A DNA stretch of 64,000 nucleotides from a bacterium (GTDB taxonomy: Bacteria; Zhuqueibacterota; Zhuqueibacteria; Oceanimicrobiales; Oceanimicrobiaceae): assembly GCA_046758765.1 (NCBI GenBank), contig JBHIAW010000001.1:13557-77556 (forward strand), given 5' to 3'. A program made the position numbers and the translations under genes. The notes beneath the pieces are model-generated. The model searched no databases, was not told where the DNA came from, and saw nothing but the letters and a program-made list of their open reading frames with translations. Shown here in pieces: positions 14,342 through 25,917 of the stretch (positions are counted from its first letter, which is position 1; the number at the start of each line of letters is the position of its first letter).

Positions 14342-15163
14342 ATGGGCTTGAAAACATTTAAACCAACCACGCCAAGTCAAAGATATCGATCGGTTCTTAG
14401 ATTTGATGAGATTACAAGAGATAAGCCAGAAAAGTCACTATTACGACCACTAAAGAAATCCGGTGGACGAAATAACAATGGACATATTACTATTCGCTAT
14501 CGAGGAGGAGGCCACAAGCGCTCCTATCGGGTAATTGACTTTAAACGGAATAAAGATGAGGTGCCGGCGCGAGTCGCCGCAATCGAATATGATCCCAATC
14601 GTTCAGCAAATATTGCTCTTCTTCACTATTCGGATGGCGAGAAACGGTACATTTTAGCCTCTTTGGGCTTAAAGGTTGGCGATCAGGTGAGGTCTGGGGA
14701 AAAAGCTGAAATTCGAGTAGGCAATGCGATGCTTTTGAAAAATATTCCGTTGGGCACTCTGGTTCATAATGTTGAACTTGTTCCAAGAAAAGGCGGTCAA
14801 CTGGCACGGGGAGCCGGCACTTATGCCCAACTCATGGCAAAAGAAGGTGATTACGCTCAACTCAAGCTACCTTCTGGAGAAGTTAGAATGGTTAGACAAG
14901 AGTGTCGGGCCACGGTTGGTCAGGTCGGTAATGTTGATCATGAGAATATTTCTCTGGGTAAGGCAGGGCGGAAGCGATGGTTGGGTAGAAGACCCCACGT
15001 CCGAGGTGTGGCCATGAATCCGGTTGATCACCCTATGGGGGGCGGTGAAGGGAAATCCTCCGGCGGTAGACACCCGTGTTCACCTTGGGGAAAACCAGCA
15101 AAAGGGGGTAAGACCAGAAAGAAAAAGAAATCAGATGCATACATCATAAGCAAAAGAAAATAA
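14342..15163 (+). CDS. rplB: 50S ribosomal protein L2
   Basis: 273 aa; conserved L2 C-terminal [13 protein letters not shown]. Confidence 0.95.
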   Translation: MGLKTFKPTTPSQRYRSVLRFDEITRDKPEKSLLRPLKKSGGRNNNGHITIRYRGGGHKRSYRVIDFKRNKDEVPARVAAIEYDPNRSANIALLHYSDGEKRYILASLGLKVGDQVRSGEKAEIRVGNAMLLKNIPLGTLVHNVELVPRKGGQLARGAGTYAQLMAKEGDYAQLKLPSGEVRMVRQECRATVGQVGNVDHENISLGKAGRKRWLGRRPHVRGVAMNPVDHPMGGGEGKSSGGRHPCSPWGKPAKGGKTRKKKKSDAYIISKRK

Positions 15164-15169
15164 GAAATT

Positions 15170-15457
15170 ATGCCGCGATCAGTAAAAAAAGGTCCTTATG
15201 TAGACGAGAAACTCTTGAAATACGTTCGTGAGTTAAATCAGTCTAATCGAAAAAAAGTGATAAAAACTTGGGCTAGGCGCTCTACAATTACACCCGAGTT
15301 CGTCGGGCATACATTGGCCGTCCATAATGGAAATAAGTTCGTGCCCGTTTTCATAACCGAAAATATGGTGGGACACAAGCTTGGCGAGTTCTCACCAACA
15401 CGTACATTTAGGGGGCATGGCGGTAAAGCTGCCGAGAAGTCTTCAAGGGTTAAGTAA
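15170..15457 (+). CDS. rpsS: 30S ribosomal protein S19
   Basis: Order and sequence ([23 protein letters not shown]). Confidence 0.95.
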   Translation: MPRSVKKGPYVDEKLLKYVRELNQSNRKKVIKTWARRSTITPEFVGHTLAVHNGNKFVPVFITENMVGHKLGEFSPTRTFRGHGGKAAEKSSRVK

Positions 15458-15475
15458 TTATCTATTGGTGAAATT

Positions 15476-15832
15476 ATGGAAGCACAAGCCGTAGCAAAAT
15501 ATGTTAGAATGTCGCCAAGAAAAGTCAGACAGATTGTAGATTTGGTTCGCGGTAAACAGGTTGATCAGGCCTTAAATATTTTGCATTATACACGAAAATC
15601 CGCAGCCCTGCCAGTTGAAAAAACCTTAAGATCGGCTGTGGCCAATATCTTGAACATTGAAGGAGCTTCGAAAGTCAATCCGGAAGATTTGTTTATTAAG
15701 GAAGCTCGAGTAGATAAAGGGTTTTTTTTCCGCAGGTTCCGGGCGGCTTCAATGGGACGGGCTATGAGAATGAGGCGACCAACGTGTCACATAACGATTG
15801 TAGTTTCTGAAATGCAAAATGATATGTATTAA
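15476..15832 (+). CDS. rplV: 50S ribosomal protein L22
   Basis: Order, 118 aa. Confidence 0.9.
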   Translation: MEAQAVAKYVRMSPRKVRQIVDLVRGKQVDQALNILHYTRKSAALPVEKTLRSAVANILNIEGASKVNPEDLFIKEARVDKGFFFRRFRAASMGRAMRMRRPTCHITIVVSEMQNDMY

Positions 15833-15853
15833 TTTTTGAATCAGGAGGTGTGT

Positions 15854-16483
15854 TTGGGACAGAAAACGAATCCTATTGGATTACGGTTAGGCATCATTAG
15901 AAATTGGGAATCCAATTGGTACGATGAACGCGAGTTCGCAGGCAAATTAAAAGAAGATATCATGCTTCGGCGGTACATTCAAAGCAGGCTTCAAAATGCG
16001 GGTGTATCAACCATTCAAATTGAAAGAACTTCTCAGCGAATTACCTTGACCCTATACACCGCCAGACCGGGTATCGTCATCGGAAGAAAGGGCGCTGAAG
16101 TAGATAAACTAAAAGAAGAGCTGCAAAGACTAACTGAAAAGGAAATACAGCTTAATATTAATGAAATAAAGAAACCGGAACTGGATGCCTATTTGGTTGC
16201 TGGAAATATCGCGCATCAATTAGAGGCTAAGATTTCATTCAGACGTGCCATGAAAAAGGCGGTGATGAGTACCATGCGTATGGGAGCTGAAGGGGTCCGT
16301 ATTTCATGCTCAGGACGCCTGGGTGGGGCTGAAATGGCTCGCACAGAACATTACAAGGATGGACGCATTCCGCTTCATACTCTCCGTGCAGATATTGATT
16401 ATGCTAAAAAAACGGCCAAAACTCCTTATGGTTCAATAGGGGTAAAGGTTTGGATCTGTAAAGGAGAGGTATTAAGCTCTTAA
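15854..16483 (+). CDS. rpsC: 30S ribosomal protein S3 (probable TTG start 5 nt after AGGAGG; ORF track begins at 15836)
   Basis: [14 protein letters not shown]-terminus conserved in S3. Confidence 0.9.
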   Translation: MGQKTNPIGLRLGIIRNWESNWYDEREFAGKLKEDIMLRRYIQSRLQNAGVSTIQIERTSQRITLTLYTARPGIVIGRKGAEVDKLKEELQRLTEKEIQLNINEIKKPELDAYLVAGNIAHQLEAKISFRRAMKKAVMSTMRMGAEGVRISCSGRLGGAEMARTEHYKDGRIPLHTLRADIDYAKKTAKTPYGSIGVKVWICKGEVLSS

Positions 16484-16495
16484 GGAGTCAGATTA

Positions 16496-16915
16496 ATGTT
16501 AATGCCGAAACGCGTAAAATTTCGCAAACAGCAGCGAGGCCGCATGAAGGGTAAAGCCCTAAGAGGCTCCAAAATAGCTTTTGGTCAGTTTGGTTTAAAA
16601 GCCATGACTCCCGGGTGGATTACGGCGCGTCAGATTGAAGCTGCACGAATTGCTATGACCAGACACATAAAGAGAGGGGGCAAAGTCTGGATAAGAATAT
16701 TTCCAGATAAACCCGTCACCCAAAAACCAGCAGAAACTAGAATGGGAAAAGGCAAGGGCTCTCCTGAGTATTGGGTTGCAGTGGTTAAGCCAGGAAGAAT
16801 CTTGTTTGAGTTGGGCGGCGTCTCTGAAGAGTTGGCACGCGAAGCACTTCGATTGGCCTCTCACAAATTACCGGTTCAAACGAGAATTGTAACTCAAACC
16901 GATTTCGGCGAGTAG
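16496..16915 (+). CDS. rplP: 50S ribosomal protein L16
   Basis: [16 protein letters not shown]-terminus. Confidence 0.95.
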   Translation: MLMPKRVKFRKQQRGRMKGKALRGSKIAFGQFGLKAMTPGWITARQIEAARIAMTRHIKRGGKVWIRIFPDKPVTQKPAETRMGKGKGSPEYWVAVVKPGRILFELGGVSEELAREALRLASHKLPVQTRIVTQTDFGE

Positions 16916-16919
16916 AATT

Positions 16920-17132
16920 ATGAAGATGCAAGAAATAAATGAATTGCCCAAATCTGAAATTGAATTAAGACTAGAGGATGCAGTTGAGGAATTGTATAAT
17001 CTTCGCTTTCAGCATGCCATGCATCAATTAGATAATCCTATGAGAGTAAGAGAAGTGCGCAAAGACATTGCTCGATTGAAGACAGTTTTGCGTGAATATG
17101 AATTAGGCATTCGAGAGTCAAAAGAAGCTTAA
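16920..17132 (+). CDS. rpmC: 50S ribosomal protein L29
   Basis: Order, 70 aa. Confidence 0.88.
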   Translation: MKMQEINELPKSEIELRLEDAVEELYNLRFQHAMHQLDNPMRVREVRKDIARLKTVLREYELGIRESKEA

Positions 17133-17150
17133 CATTATCGAATAATTGGA

Positions 17151-17414
17151 ATGAAAATGAAAACTCGAGGGGTAAGAAAATCAAAGACGGGTAAAGTGAT
17201 CTCCAATAAGATGGACAAAAGTGTAGTGGTGGCCGTTGAACGACTGGTTAAACATCCTTTATACAGGAAATATTTTAAAAAGACATCAAAATTTATGGCA
17301 CATGATGAGGAAAATCAGTGTCAAATTGGTGATGTCGTTAAGATAATGGAAACACGGCCTCTAAGCAAATTGAAAAGATGGAGATTGGTAGAAATAATTG
17401 AGAAAGTGAAATGA
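17151..17414 (+). CDS. rpsQ: 30S ribosomal protein S17
   Basis: Order, 87 aa. Confidence 0.9.
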   Translation: MKMKTRGVRKSKTGKVISNKMDKSVVVAVERLVKHPLYRKYFKKTSKFMAHDEENQCQIGDVVKIMETRPLSKLKRWRLVEIIEKVK

Positions 17415-17460
17415 CCAGAAGTGTGGTTTGTTTGATTCGGTCAGATGATAGAGGAAATTG

Positions 17461-17829
17461 ATGATTCAGCAATATACCCAATTGAATGTTGCGGACAATA
17501 CCGGAGCTAAAAGAGTCATGTGTATTATGGTACCCGGTGGTACCAGAAAAAGGTACGCTCATATCGGTGACGAAATAGTGGTATCTGTGAAAGCAGCTAT
17601 TCCAGGTAGTGCGGTGAAAAAAGGCGATGTCAGCAAGGCTGTAATTGTTCGTACTAAGAAAGAGATTCGAAGGCATGACGGCTCATACATTCGCTTTGAT
17701 GAAAACGCTGCTGTGTTAATTAATGATCAAAGTGAGCCCAGGGGAACCCGCATATTTGGGCCGGTCGCTAGAGAACTGAGGGATAGAAATTATATGAAAA
17801 TAGTCTCTTTAGCTCCTGAGGTCTTATAA
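17461..17829 (+). CDS. rplN: 50S ribosomal protein L14 (ATG at 17461; track start 17458 is an in-frame TTG)
   Basis: [22 protein letters not shown]. Confidence 0.95.
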   Translation: MIQQYTQLNVADNTGAKRVMCIMVPGGTRKRYAHIGDEIVVSVKAAIPGSAVKKGDVSKAVIVRTKKEIRRHDGSYIRFDENAAVLINDQSEPRGTRIFGPVARELRDRNYMKIVSLAPEVL

Positions 17830-17863
17830 TTGGTTATTTCATTTCTCATGGGAGTCAGTTTTG

Positions 17864-18193
17864 ATGCACGTTAGGAAAGATGATCAGGTTTTAGTCCTTT
17901 CTGGGGTATATAGAGGTAAGAAAGGACGGGTACTTAAAGTTTTTCGACAAAGAGATAGGGTTATTGTTGAAGGTGTGAATTTTATTAAGCGACACATGCG
18001 TCCATCTCAGCAGATGCCTCAAGGAGGAATTGTCACCAAAGAAGCGTCGATACATGCGTCCAATGTCATGGTGATTTGTCCGAAATGCAATGAACCCACT
18101 CGTATTCGACACGAGTATTTTGGTACAGATGGTAAGAGGTCCAGAAGAAAGGCCAGGGTTTGCAAGCAGTGTGGGGAAATGATTGAGGTTTAA
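17864..18193 (+). CDS. rplX: 50S ribosomal protein L24
   Basis: Order; KOW-like N-terminus. Confidence 0.9.
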   Translation: MHVRKDDQVLVLSGVYRGKKGRVLKVFRQRDRVIVEGVNFIKRHMRPSQQMPQGGIVTKEASIHASNVMVICPKCNEPTRIRHEYFGTDGKRSRRKARVCKQCGEMIEV

Positions 18194-18231
18194 TCTTAGT
18201 GTACATGAAATCAGAGGATTTAAGAGTTTAG

Positions 18232-18789
18232 ATGGCTGAATATATACCGAGGCTCATTACTGAGTACAAAGAAAAAATTGTACCAGCTTTAATGAAACGT
18301 TTTAACTATCGCAACATGATGGAAGTCCCTCGTCTCGAAAAAATTGTCATAAATATGGGAGTGGGGGAAGCCCTTGAAGACTCTAAGTTGTTAGATCGCG
18401 CGATGGAAGACCTTGAAGTTGTCAGTGGCCAAAAAGCTGTGGTAACAACTGCAAAAAAATCAATATCAAATTTTAAGCTGAGAGAAGGAAGAAAAATTGG
18501 TTGTAAAGTGACTTTGAGGCATTGGCGCATGTATGAGTTTTTGGATAGATTGATCAATCTTGCCATTCCGAGGGTTAGAGATTTCCGAGGACTGTCTGAT
18601 CGCTCATTTGATGGACGTGGCAACTATTCGTTAGGAGTGCGAGAGCAGATCATATTCCCTGAAATTAATTATGATAAAATAGACCGTATACGGGGATTGG
18701 ATATATCAATTGTGACAACGGCCAAGACAGATGAGGAAGGATTCGAACTACTATCAGCATTCGGCATGCCTTTTAGAAGAAAGAGTTGA
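18232..18789 (+). CDS. rplE: 50S ribosomal protein L5
   Basis: Order, 185 aa. Confidence 0.93.
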   Translation: MAEYIPRLITEYKEKIVPALMKRFNYRNMMEVPRLEKIVINMGVGEALEDSKLLDRAMEDLEVVSGQKAVVTTAKKSISNFKLREGRKIGCKVTLRHWRMYEFLDRLINLAIPRVRDFRGLSDRSFDGRGNYSLGVREQIIFPEINYDKIDRIRGLDISIVTTAKTDEEGFELLSAFGMPFRRKS

Positions 18790-18842
18790 GCCGGATTCGA
18801 TAATTAAAGCAGAATACTTAGATATTTTTTCGAGGAATATTT

Positions 18843-19028
18843 GTGGCAAGAAAATCATTAGTTGCAAAACAAAAAAGAGAACCCAAGTTTAAAGTACGGA
18901 AATATAATCGATGTTTGCGATGCGGCAGGCCGCGGGCCTATTTGAGAAAATTTGGCTTGTGCAGAATTTGTTTTCGTGAGCTGGCCTTGGAAGGTAAAAT
19001 ACCTGGTGTTACCAAGGCGAGCTGGTAA
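18843..19028 (+). CDS. rpsN: 30S ribosomal protein S14 type Z (zinc-binding, 61 aa)
   Basis: [23 protein letters not shown] with two CxxC pairs. Confidence 0.93.
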   Translation: MARKSLVAKQKREPKFKVRKYNRCLRCGRPRAYLRKFGLCRICFRELALEGKIPGVTKASW

Positions 19029-19050
19029 TTTTCAGAAGGTAGGGTAAAAA

Positions 19051-19449
19051 ATGGGTATGACTGATCCAATAGCAGATTATTTAACGAGAATTAGAAACGC
19101 AACCAAGGTGAAGCTCAATAAAGTAGACATACCATCGTCAAATATGAAAAGAAAAATGACACGGATCCTTAGAGATTACGGTTATGTTCAAAACTATATC
19201 TTGATAGATGACAAGAAAAGCGGCATTATTCGGATTTATTTGAAATATGATGAAGATGGTAACAGTGTTATTCACGGGCTCAAAAGAATCAGTACCCCGG
19301 GCTTGAGAAGATATGTTGGAATCAAAGAGGTTCCAAGAGTATATAACAACTTAGGAATTGCTATTCTATCTACTCCTAAAGGCGTCATATCTGACAGAGA
19401 CGCCCGCAAACTAAGAGTGGGTGGGGAAGTACTCTGTTATGTTTGGTAG
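19051..19449 (+). CDS. rpsH: 30S ribosomal protein S8
   Basis: DPIADYLTRIRN. Confidence 0.93.
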   Translation: MGMTDPIADYLTRIRNATKVKLNKVDIPSSNMKRKMTRILRDYGYVQNYILIDDKKSGIIRIYLKYDEDGNSVIHGLKRISTPGLRRYVGIKEVPRVYNNLGIAILSTPKGVISDRDARKLRVGGEVLCYVW

Positions 19450-19472
19450 AATGTTAGAAAGAGGAGAAGTCA

Positions 19473-20009
19473 GTGTCACGTGTTGGGATTAAACCGATTG
19501 ATTTGCCACCAGGTGTTGAGGTGACTACCACAGATCATTCTATTGTCGTAAAAGGTCCAAATGGGAGCTTATCTAGAGAAATTAATCCCGAGATTAAAGT
19601 AACGGTTAAAGAGAACCAAATTACTATTACTCGTCCCAATGATAGTAAGTATTACAAGTCTCTGCACGGACTGTATCGAACTCTGATTAACAATATGGTT
19701 GAAGGTGTTACGAAAGGATTTGAAAAGAAACTTGAAATTGTCGGGGTTGGTTATCGAGGGGAACTAAGAAATAAACGATTAAATTTACAGTTGGGGTTTT
19801 CTCATCCCATTGTTTTTGTTCCGCCTGAAGGTATAGAAATAATTGTAGAGAGTGCAACCAACATGAGTGTTCGTGGTATTGATAAAGAACTGGTCGGACA
19901 GGTAGCGGCAAAAATTCGTTCGTTTAGACCACCGGAGCCATACAAAGGAAAAGGCATAAAATATATTGATGAGCATATACGTAGAAAAGCTGGTAAGACT
20001 GCTGCATAG
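19473..20009 (+). CDS. rplF: 50S ribosomal protein L6 (GTG start, RBS GAGGAG)
   Basis: Order, 178 aa. Confidence 0.9.
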   Translation: MSRVGIKPIDLPPGVEVTTTDHSIVVKGPNGSLSREINPEIKVTVKENQITITRPNDSKYYKSLHGLYRTLINNMVEGVTKGFEKKLEIVGVGYRGELRNKRLNLQLGFSHPIVFVPPEGIEIIVESATNMSVRGIDKELVGQVAAKIRSFRPPEPYKGKGIKYIDEHIRRKAGKTAA

Positions 20010-20163
20010 CATTGCTTCGGAAAACTCAAACAGAGGCTGAAAAACCTGAACGGTTTAAGGTATTAATTAAACAAAGGTAATATAGGTATAGGGTATAAGG
20101 AAATTCGGTTGTTTGAATTCAATTCTCGCAAGTAGTGCGAATCCAGGTTGAAGGAAAGTAAAG

Positions 20164-20538
20164 ATGGTCGATAAGACTAAAATTAAGAGTTTGAAAAGAG
20201 AACGGAAAAAATTACATATAAGAAAAAAGATAACGGGAACGCCTGAAAGGCCGCGTCTGGCAGTTTTTAGAAGCGCAAGAAATATCTATGCGCAGATGAT
20301 TGACGATGTCAATAACCGGACCTTGGCTGGCGTTTCAACGCTGTCACCTAACTTGAAACCGGAGTTATCTAAGGCGAAAAATAGGCAAGAGGCTGCGAAA
20401 TTGGTGGGTAAGAGCATTGCAGAAAAAGCGAAATCTCTGAAAATCAAAAAAGTCGTGTTTGATCGGGGTGGATATTTGTATCATGGACGTATTAAGGCGC
20501 TCGCAGATGGGGCTCGAGAAAACGGACTTGAATTTTGA
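20164..20538 (+). CDS. rplR: 50S ribosomal protein L18
   Basis: Order; RLAVFRS...NIYAQMID. Confidence 0.9.
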   Translation: MVDKTKIKSLKRERKKLHIRKKITGTPERPRLAVFRSARNIYAQMIDDVNNRTLAGVSTLSPNLKPELSKAKNRQEAAKLVGKSIAEKAKSLKIKKVVFDRGGYLYHGRIKALADGARENGLEF

Positions 20539-20581
20539 TATATCACTAAATAATCATCTGCAGAAAAGATCGGAGAAGTAA

Positions 20582-21103
20582 GTGAAGAAAGCTGTGAAAA
20601 TTAGTCCAAGCGAATTAGATCTTAAAGAACGTGTCATCCATATAAATCGTGTCGCAAAAGTTGTCAAAGGAGGACGACGCTTTAGCTTTAATGCAATTGT
20701 AGTGGTTGGCGATGGGAAAGGACACGTAGGCGTTGGACTTGGCAAGGCCAACGAGGTGACAGAGGCTATTTCAAAAGGTTCTGAGAATGCTAAGAAGAAC
20801 ATAATTCGAGTGCCAATTGTCAACGGTACCTTGCCTCATGCTATTAAAGGAAAATACGGGGCCGGCCGAGTCTTTTTAAAACCCGCTTCTCCTGGAACAG
20901 GCGTGATTGCGGGTGGAGCCGTTCGGGCGATAGTCGAAGCCGCAGGTATTCAGGATATACTTACGAAATCGTTGGGCTCTTCTAACCCACACAATATGGT
21001 GAAGGCTACCGTGCAGGCATTGTCAAGTATTATGGAACTTCCAGTCATCGCTCGACAACGTGGATTGTCAATTTCGGAAGTTTTTGATAAAACGACTGTT
21101 TAA
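20582..21103 (+). CDS. rpsE: 30S ribosomal protein S5 (GTG start)
   Basis: [16 protein letters not shown]. Confidence 0.93.
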   Translation: MKKAVKISPSELDLKERVIHINRVAKVVKGGRRFSFNAIVVVGDGKGHVGVGLGKANEVTEAISKGSENAKKNIIRVPIVNGTLPHAIKGKYGAGRVFLKPASPGTGVIAGGAVRAIVEAAGIQDILTKSLGSSNPHNMVKATVQALSSIMELPVIARQRGLSISEVFDKTTV

Positions 21104-21113
21104 GAGTATTAAC

Positions 21114-21302
21114 ATGGCGAAGAAAAAGAAACTAAGAATTACACAAATTAAGAGCACAATCGGACGGAATTATAAGCAGAAAAGAACCATAGATGCGTTG
21201 GGTCTAAAGAGGTTACATCATACAGTCGTTCATGATGATACTCCCCAGATTCGAGGTATGGTTAACAAAGTAAATCATCTCATTGTTGTAGAAGAAGAGT
21301 AA
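21114..21302 (+). CDS. rpmD: 50S ribosomal protein L30 (internal ATG of the track ORF 21060..21302)
   Basis: MAKKKKLRITQIKSTIG typical L30 start. Confidence 0.85.
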   Translation: MAKKKKLRITQIKSTIGRNYKQKRTIDALGLKRLHHTVVHDDTPQIRGMVNKVNHLIVVEEE

Positions 21303-21322
21303 TAACATTACCGAGTAGAACG

Positions 21323-21763
21323 ATGGATTTAGGAAGCTTAAAATACGCTCCGGGTTCGATTCAAAAGAAAAAAAGAATTGGCAGAGGACAAGGCTCGGGT
21401 CACGGTGGCACGGCTGGAAGAGGTCATAAAGGTCAAAGGTCTCGATCGGGTTCTAAGAGACGCCACTGGTTTGAAGGTGGACAAATGCCTTTACAACGTA
21501 GGCTGCCGAAACGCGGCTTTACCAATATATTTAAGAAAGAATTTCAAATCGTGAATCTTAAAGATTTGAATAGGTTAAAAAAAGTCAAACAAGTAACTCC
21601 GGAAGTCCTTTATAAATCTGGGCTGATTGCCAAGAAGAATATTCCAGTTAAAATCTTAGGTGATGGGGATTTGAGTAAAGTCATCGAGATTTCTGCCCAT
21701 GCCTTTAGCGCTTCAGCAAAGGTGAAAATCGAAAAACTTGGAGGGAAGGCTACGGTAATATGA
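21323..21763 (+). CDS. rplO: 50S ribosomal protein L15
   Basis: Gly/Arg-rich N-terminus; order. Confidence 0.9.
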   Translation: MDLGSLKYAPGSIQKKKRIGRGQGSGHGGTAGRGHKGQRSRSGSKRRHWFEGGQMPLQRRLPKRGFTNIFKKEFQIVNLKDLNRLKKVKQVTPEVLYKSGLIAKKNIPVKILGDGDLSKVIEISAHAFSASAKVKIEKLGGKATVI

Positions 21764-23100
21764 TTAGGACCTTTCAGAGTGTATTCAAAATTCCTGAATT
21801 AAAGCAAAGAATAATCTTTACATTATTGATTCTGGTAGTCTATCGAATAGGCGGTCATATGCCTATTCCGGGAATTAATAGTGAGGCCTTGCTGACTTTT
21901 TTTGCTGAAGCCAGACAAGGTGGGGGACTTTTGGGACTGTATGATTTGTTTGCAGGCGGGGCTTTTAGAAGGGCTACGGTATTTGCATTAGGTATTATGC
22001 CTTATATTTCTGCCTCCATCATCATACAGCTTTTGGGAGCCGTGGTCCCCTATTTTCAGAAGCTTCAAAAAGAAGGAGAAGAGGGACGGAAAAAGATTAC
22101 TCAATACACGCGATACGGTACGGTCTTGATCTCAAGCATGCAGGCTTATGGTGTAGCCGTATTTTTGGAGAGCATTCGCACCAACACTGGACTTCTGGTA
22201 GTCCCCGACCCTGGGCTGGGATTTCGACTGTTCACTATGGTAACTTTGGCGGCTGGTACGGTATTGATTATGTGGCTGGGAGAACAAATTACAGAACGGG
22301 GCATTGGGAACGGTATTTCTTTGATTATTTTTATTGGAATTATTGCAACCTTTCCAAACGCCGTTTTGGATGAGTATCAACAAATTAGCGGCGGAAATCG
22401 AGCTATTTTGACAGAATTATTCTTATTAGGACTAATGGTAATTACGATTGCTGCCGTTGTGGCATTGACTCAAGGGACGCGTAAAATCCCAGTTCAATAT
22501 GCCAAACGAGTTATTGGCCGAAAAATCTATGGCGGACAAAGTACACACATCCCAATGCGAGTAAACACGGCCGGGGTCATGCCTATTATATTTGCTCAAT
22601 CAATTATGTTTGTACCCCAAACTGTATTAACATTTTTTCCAAATAATGAATTTATGAATGTCATTGCACGGTGGTTTGATTTTCAATCTATGGCCTATTG
22701 GATTATTTATGGCATCCTAATCGTCTTTTTCACATATTTTTATACAGCCATAGCTTTTAATCCCGTTGATGTAGCGGACAATATGAAAAAATACGGTGGA
22801 TTTATCCCAGGCGTCAGACCTGGCAAGAGAACGGCTGAATTCATAGATAACATCTTAACCAGGATCACACTTCCAGGCTCAATTTGTTTGGCGGTGATTG
22901 CGGTTTTCCCATACATCATTACAAGATTTGTTAATGTGTCATTTAATTTTGCTTCTTTCTATGGAGGAACATCCCTTTTGATTGTTGTGGGCGTTGCTTT
23001 AGATACTTTGCAGCAATTGGAATCGCATTTGCTCATGCGTCATTATGACGGATTTATGAAAGGCAGCGGGAAAATACGGGGAAGACGAAGATTTTATTAA
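21760..23100 (+). CDS. secY: Preprotein translocase subunit SecY (ATGA overlap with rplO)
   Basis: 446 aa multi-TM protein in canonical position. Confidence 0.95.
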   Translation: MIRTFQSVFKIPELKQRIIFTLLILVVYRIGGHMPIPGINSEALLTFFAEARQGGGLLGLYDLFAGGAFRRATVFALGIMPYISASIIIQLLGAVVPYFQKLQKEGEEGRKKITQYTRYGTVLISSMQAYGVAVFLESIRTNTGLLVVPDPGLGFRLFTMVTLAAGTVLIMWLGEQITERGIGNGISLIIFIGIIATFPNAVLDEYQQISGGNRAILTELFLLGLMVITIAAVVALTQGTRKIPVQYAKRVIGRKIYGGQSTHIPMRVNTAGVMPIIFAQSIMFVPQTVLTFFPNNEFMNVIARWFDFQSMAYWIIYGILIVFFTYFYTAIAFNPVDVADNMKKYGGFIPGVRPGKRTAEFIDNILTRITLPGSICLAVIAVFPYIITRFVNVSFNFASFYGGTSLLIVVGVALDTLQQLESHLLMRHYDGFMKGSGKIRGRRRFY

Positions 23101-23162
23101 TCGCGTTGGCATCGAGTGATAAGAAATAGATTCTCGAGGTTCTTTTAAAATCGTAAATAAAC

Positions 23163-23912
23163 ATGATTCATATACGCAGCAGAAGAGAGATTGAATTAAT
23201 TAGAAATAGTTGTCAAATTGTTGTCGACGCGTTTAAGATAGTTGAACGCTTAATTAGACCAGGAATTGAAACTAAGATCATAGACAATGAAGTAGAAAAA
23301 TTCATTTGTTCTAAGGGCGCAAAACCCGCCTTTAAAGGGTATAGGGGTTTTCCTGCTAGTTCTTGTATTTCTGTGGAAAGTGAAGTTGTTCACGGTATTC
23401 CAGGGAAAAGGATTCTAAGGGAAGGGGAAATCGTAAGCGTTGATATTGGGGTTGAGTGCGAAGGGTTTTTTGGAGATGGGGCAAAAACTTATGCAGTAGG
23501 TGAAATTTCTGCAGAAAAAAAACGCTTAATGAAGGTCACATTAGAGGCTTTAGATGTTGGAGTGCTTCAGGCCAGAACGGGTAAGCGTCTGTCAGATATA
23601 TCTCATGCTATTCAAAGCATAGTAGAAGCTGCGAACTATTCAGTAGTTAGGGATTTAGTTGGCCACGGCATTGGTCGCAAACTTCATGAGGATCCACAAA
23701 TTCCTAACTATGGATCGCCAAATTCAGGACCGCGATTGCGTCCCGGCATGGTTCTGGCAATAGAACCTATGGTTAATATGGGCGGATACAAAGTGGATAC
23801 AACCTCGGATCAATGGACTGTGGTAACAACTGATGGCTTACCTTCTGCTCATTTTGAACATACTGTCGTGGTAACACATGACGGACCAGAAATATTGACT
23901 AAAGACTTGTAG
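23163..23912 (+). CDS. map: Methionine aminopeptidase type I
   Basis: 249 aa; metal ligands in D..D..H..E..E arrangement. Confidence 0.9.
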   Translation: MIHIRSRREIELIRNSCQIVVDAFKIVERLIRPGIETKIIDNEVEKFICSKGAKPAFKGYRGFPASSCISVESEVVHGIPGKRILREGEIVSVDIGVECEGFFGDGAKTYAVGEISAEKKRLMKVTLEALDVGVLQARTGKRLSDISHAIQSIVEAANYSVVRDLVGHGIGRKLHEDPQIPNYGSPNSGPRLRPGMVLAIEPMVNMGGYKVDTTSDQWTVVTTDGLPSAHFEHTVVVTHDGPEILTKDL

Positions 23913-23918
23913 GTGGTT

Positions 23919-24137
23919 ATGGCAAAAGAGGAGCCGATAAAAGTAGATGGTACCATTATCGAAACGCTGCCCAATGCGACATTTCGGGTAGAATTAGAAA
24001 ATGGTCACAAGGTTTTGGCTCATATTTCAGGAAAGATGAGAATGCATTTTATTAAGATTTTGCCTGGCGATAAAGTAACGCTTGAGCTTTCCCCTTACGA
24101 TTTGAGCAGGGGAAGGATTGTATATAGATACAAATGA
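23919..24137 (+). CDS. infA: Translation initiation factor IF-1
   Basis: S1-like 72 aa; [31 protein letters not shown]. Confidence 0.93.
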   Translation: MAKEEPIKVDGTIIETLPNATFRVELENGHKVLAHISGKMRMHFIKILPGDKVTLELSPYDLSRGRIVYRYK

Positions 24138-24145
24138 GGATTGAA

Positions 24146-24259
24146 ATGAAAGTAAGATCGTCTTTGAAACGCATTTGTGATAACTGTAAAATAGTACGCA
24201 GAAAAGGTAGAGTATTTGTTATCTGTAAGAACCCCCGGCATAAACAACGCCAGGGTTGA
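24146..24259 (+). CDS. rpmJ: 50S ribosomal protein L36 (37 aa; below the ORF-track size cut-off)
   Basis: Manual translation gives [37 protein letters not shown] with Zn-ribbon C..C..C..H. Confidence 0.9.
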   Translation: MKVRSSLKRICDNCKIVRRKGRVFVICKNPRHKQRQG

Positions 24260-24417
24260 TTATTATCATTGTGAGGAAACACATTCGAAGAACGAAATCT
24301 GAAATTCGAAACAAACCCAAATGACCGAAATTCAAAATCCAAAACAGCTTGGTTTGAAACCATGCTTTTAGTGAGTAAAGGTCAAAGCGTATCAAAATAT
24401 TTTGAAGGAGGCAAGTA

Positions 24418-24786
24418 TTGGCTAGAATTGCTGGCGTTGATTTACCAAAAGATAAACGCGTTGAGATTGGTCTAACGTACATTTATGGCATAGGGCGTTC
24501 AGTCTCCAAAAAAATTCTTGAGAAAGCTGGTGTGAATCCCGACATCCGGGTAAAGGATTTATCAAGTGAAGATGTTACCAAGATTCGAAACATCATTTCA
24601 GATGAACATAAAGTTGAAGGCGCATTGCGAACGGATGTTACCCTGAATGTCAAACGTCTCATGGACATTGGGTGCTACCGGGGATTGCGGCATCGAAGAG
24701 GTTTGCCCGTTCGGGGCCAACGCACCCATACCAACGCAAGAACTAGAAGGGGAAGACGAACGGTAATAGGTGGTCGGAAGAGGTAA
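24418..24786 (+). CDS. rpsM: 30S ribosomal protein S13 (TTG start)
   Basis: (M)ARIAGVDLP. Confidence 0.93.
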   Translation: MARIAGVDLPKDKRVEIGLTYIYGIGRSVSKKILEKAGVNPDIRVKDLSSEDVTKIRNIISDEHKVEGALRTDVTLNVKRLMDIGCYRGLRHRRGLPVRGQRTHTNARTRRGRRTVIGGRKR

Positions 24787-24832
24787 GATGTTGAATTTAT
24801 GCGTAATGTGATAATAAAGAGGAAGTAATTAA

Positions 24833-25222
24833 ATGGCATCTCCTAAGAAACAAAAAGGCAAAAAGAAAGAGAAAGTCGAGGCTAATGGTGTAGCTCACAT
24901 TAAAGCTACCTTTAATAATACCATTGTGTCACTTGCAGACCAGTACGGTAATGTCATTTCGTGGGCTTCTGCTGGAAAAATTGGATTTAAGGGGTCTAGA
25001 AAAAGCACCCCATTTGCTGCCCAATTAGCTGCTGAAGCAGCGGCAAAGGAAGCCATGGAATTGGGTCTTCAGAGGGTTGAAGTGCTACTCAAGGGACCCG
25101 GTGCTGGTAGAGAGTCGGCCGTAAGGTCTCTGCAAGCTGCCGGATTAGAAATTACAGCTATTAAAGATGTAACACCTATTCCGCACAATGGATGTAGACC
25201 GCCGAAAAGACGGCGTGTATAA
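24833..25222 (+). CDS. rpsK: 30S ribosomal protein S11
   Basis: Order, 129 aa. Confidence 0.93.
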   Translation: MASPKKQKGKKKEKVEANGVAHIKATFNNTIVSLADQYGNVISWASAGKIGFKGSRKSTPFAAQLAAEAAAKEAMELGLQRVEVLLKGPGAGRESAVRSLQAAGLEITAIKDVTPIPHNGCRPPKRRRV

Positions 25223-25254
25223 TCGGTATAAAAGACTGGAGGAAATTCAATTAT

Positions 25255-25884
25255 ATGGCTAGGTATACAGGACCTGTTTGTAAATTATGTAGAAGAGAAG
25301 AACAAAAATTATTCTTAAAGGGCATAAAGTGCACAACGCCTAAATGTCCTGTAGAAAAAAAGTCGTATCCGCCCGGCCAACATGGTACGGCTCGACGATT
25401 TAAGCAGTCTGATTATGGCATTCAATTACGTGAGAAGCAAAAAGTTCGCCGCATGTACGGTTTAATGGAGTCTCAATTTAGGAACTTTTTTGCCAAGGCC
25501 GAGCGCCAGAAAGGCATTACCAGCGAAATTCTTTTACAGCTTTTGGAACGACGCTTGGATAATGTTGTTTACAGATTAGGCTTTGCAGCCTCTCGCAAGG
25601 CGGCTCGACAGCTTGTTCGTCATCGTCATTTTCTAGTCAATGACAAATTAGTGGATATACCTTCATATATATTAAAAGCCGGGGACGTAATAAGAGTTAA
25701 AGATAAGAGCAAAAAATCAGAAGTAATTCACGCTTCAATGCGGAGAATTCGTGAGGGACGACTCCTTCCGTGGCTTGAGCTTGATAAAGCTGGAATGAAG
25801 GGCAGTCTGTTGAATATTCCCTCTAGGGCAGATATTCCCCTAGATGCTAACGAATCACTAATTGTTGAACTTTATTCAAAGTAG
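25255..25884 (+). CDS. rpsD: 30S ribosomal protein S4
   Basis: [23 protein letters not shown]. Confidence 0.93.
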   Translation: MARYTGPVCKLCRREEQKLFLKGIKCTTPKCPVEKKSYPPGQHGTARRFKQSDYGIQLREKQKVRRMYGLMESQFRNFFAKAERQKGITSEILLQLLERRLDNVVYRLGFAASRKAARQLVRHRHFLVNDKLVDIPSYILKAGDVIRVKDKSKKSEVIHASMRRIREGRLLPWLELDKAGMKGSLLNIPSRADIPLDANESLIVELYSK

Positions 25885-25917
25885 ATTATTTTAAGGTAAA
25901 TTCGGAGAACAAATTAT

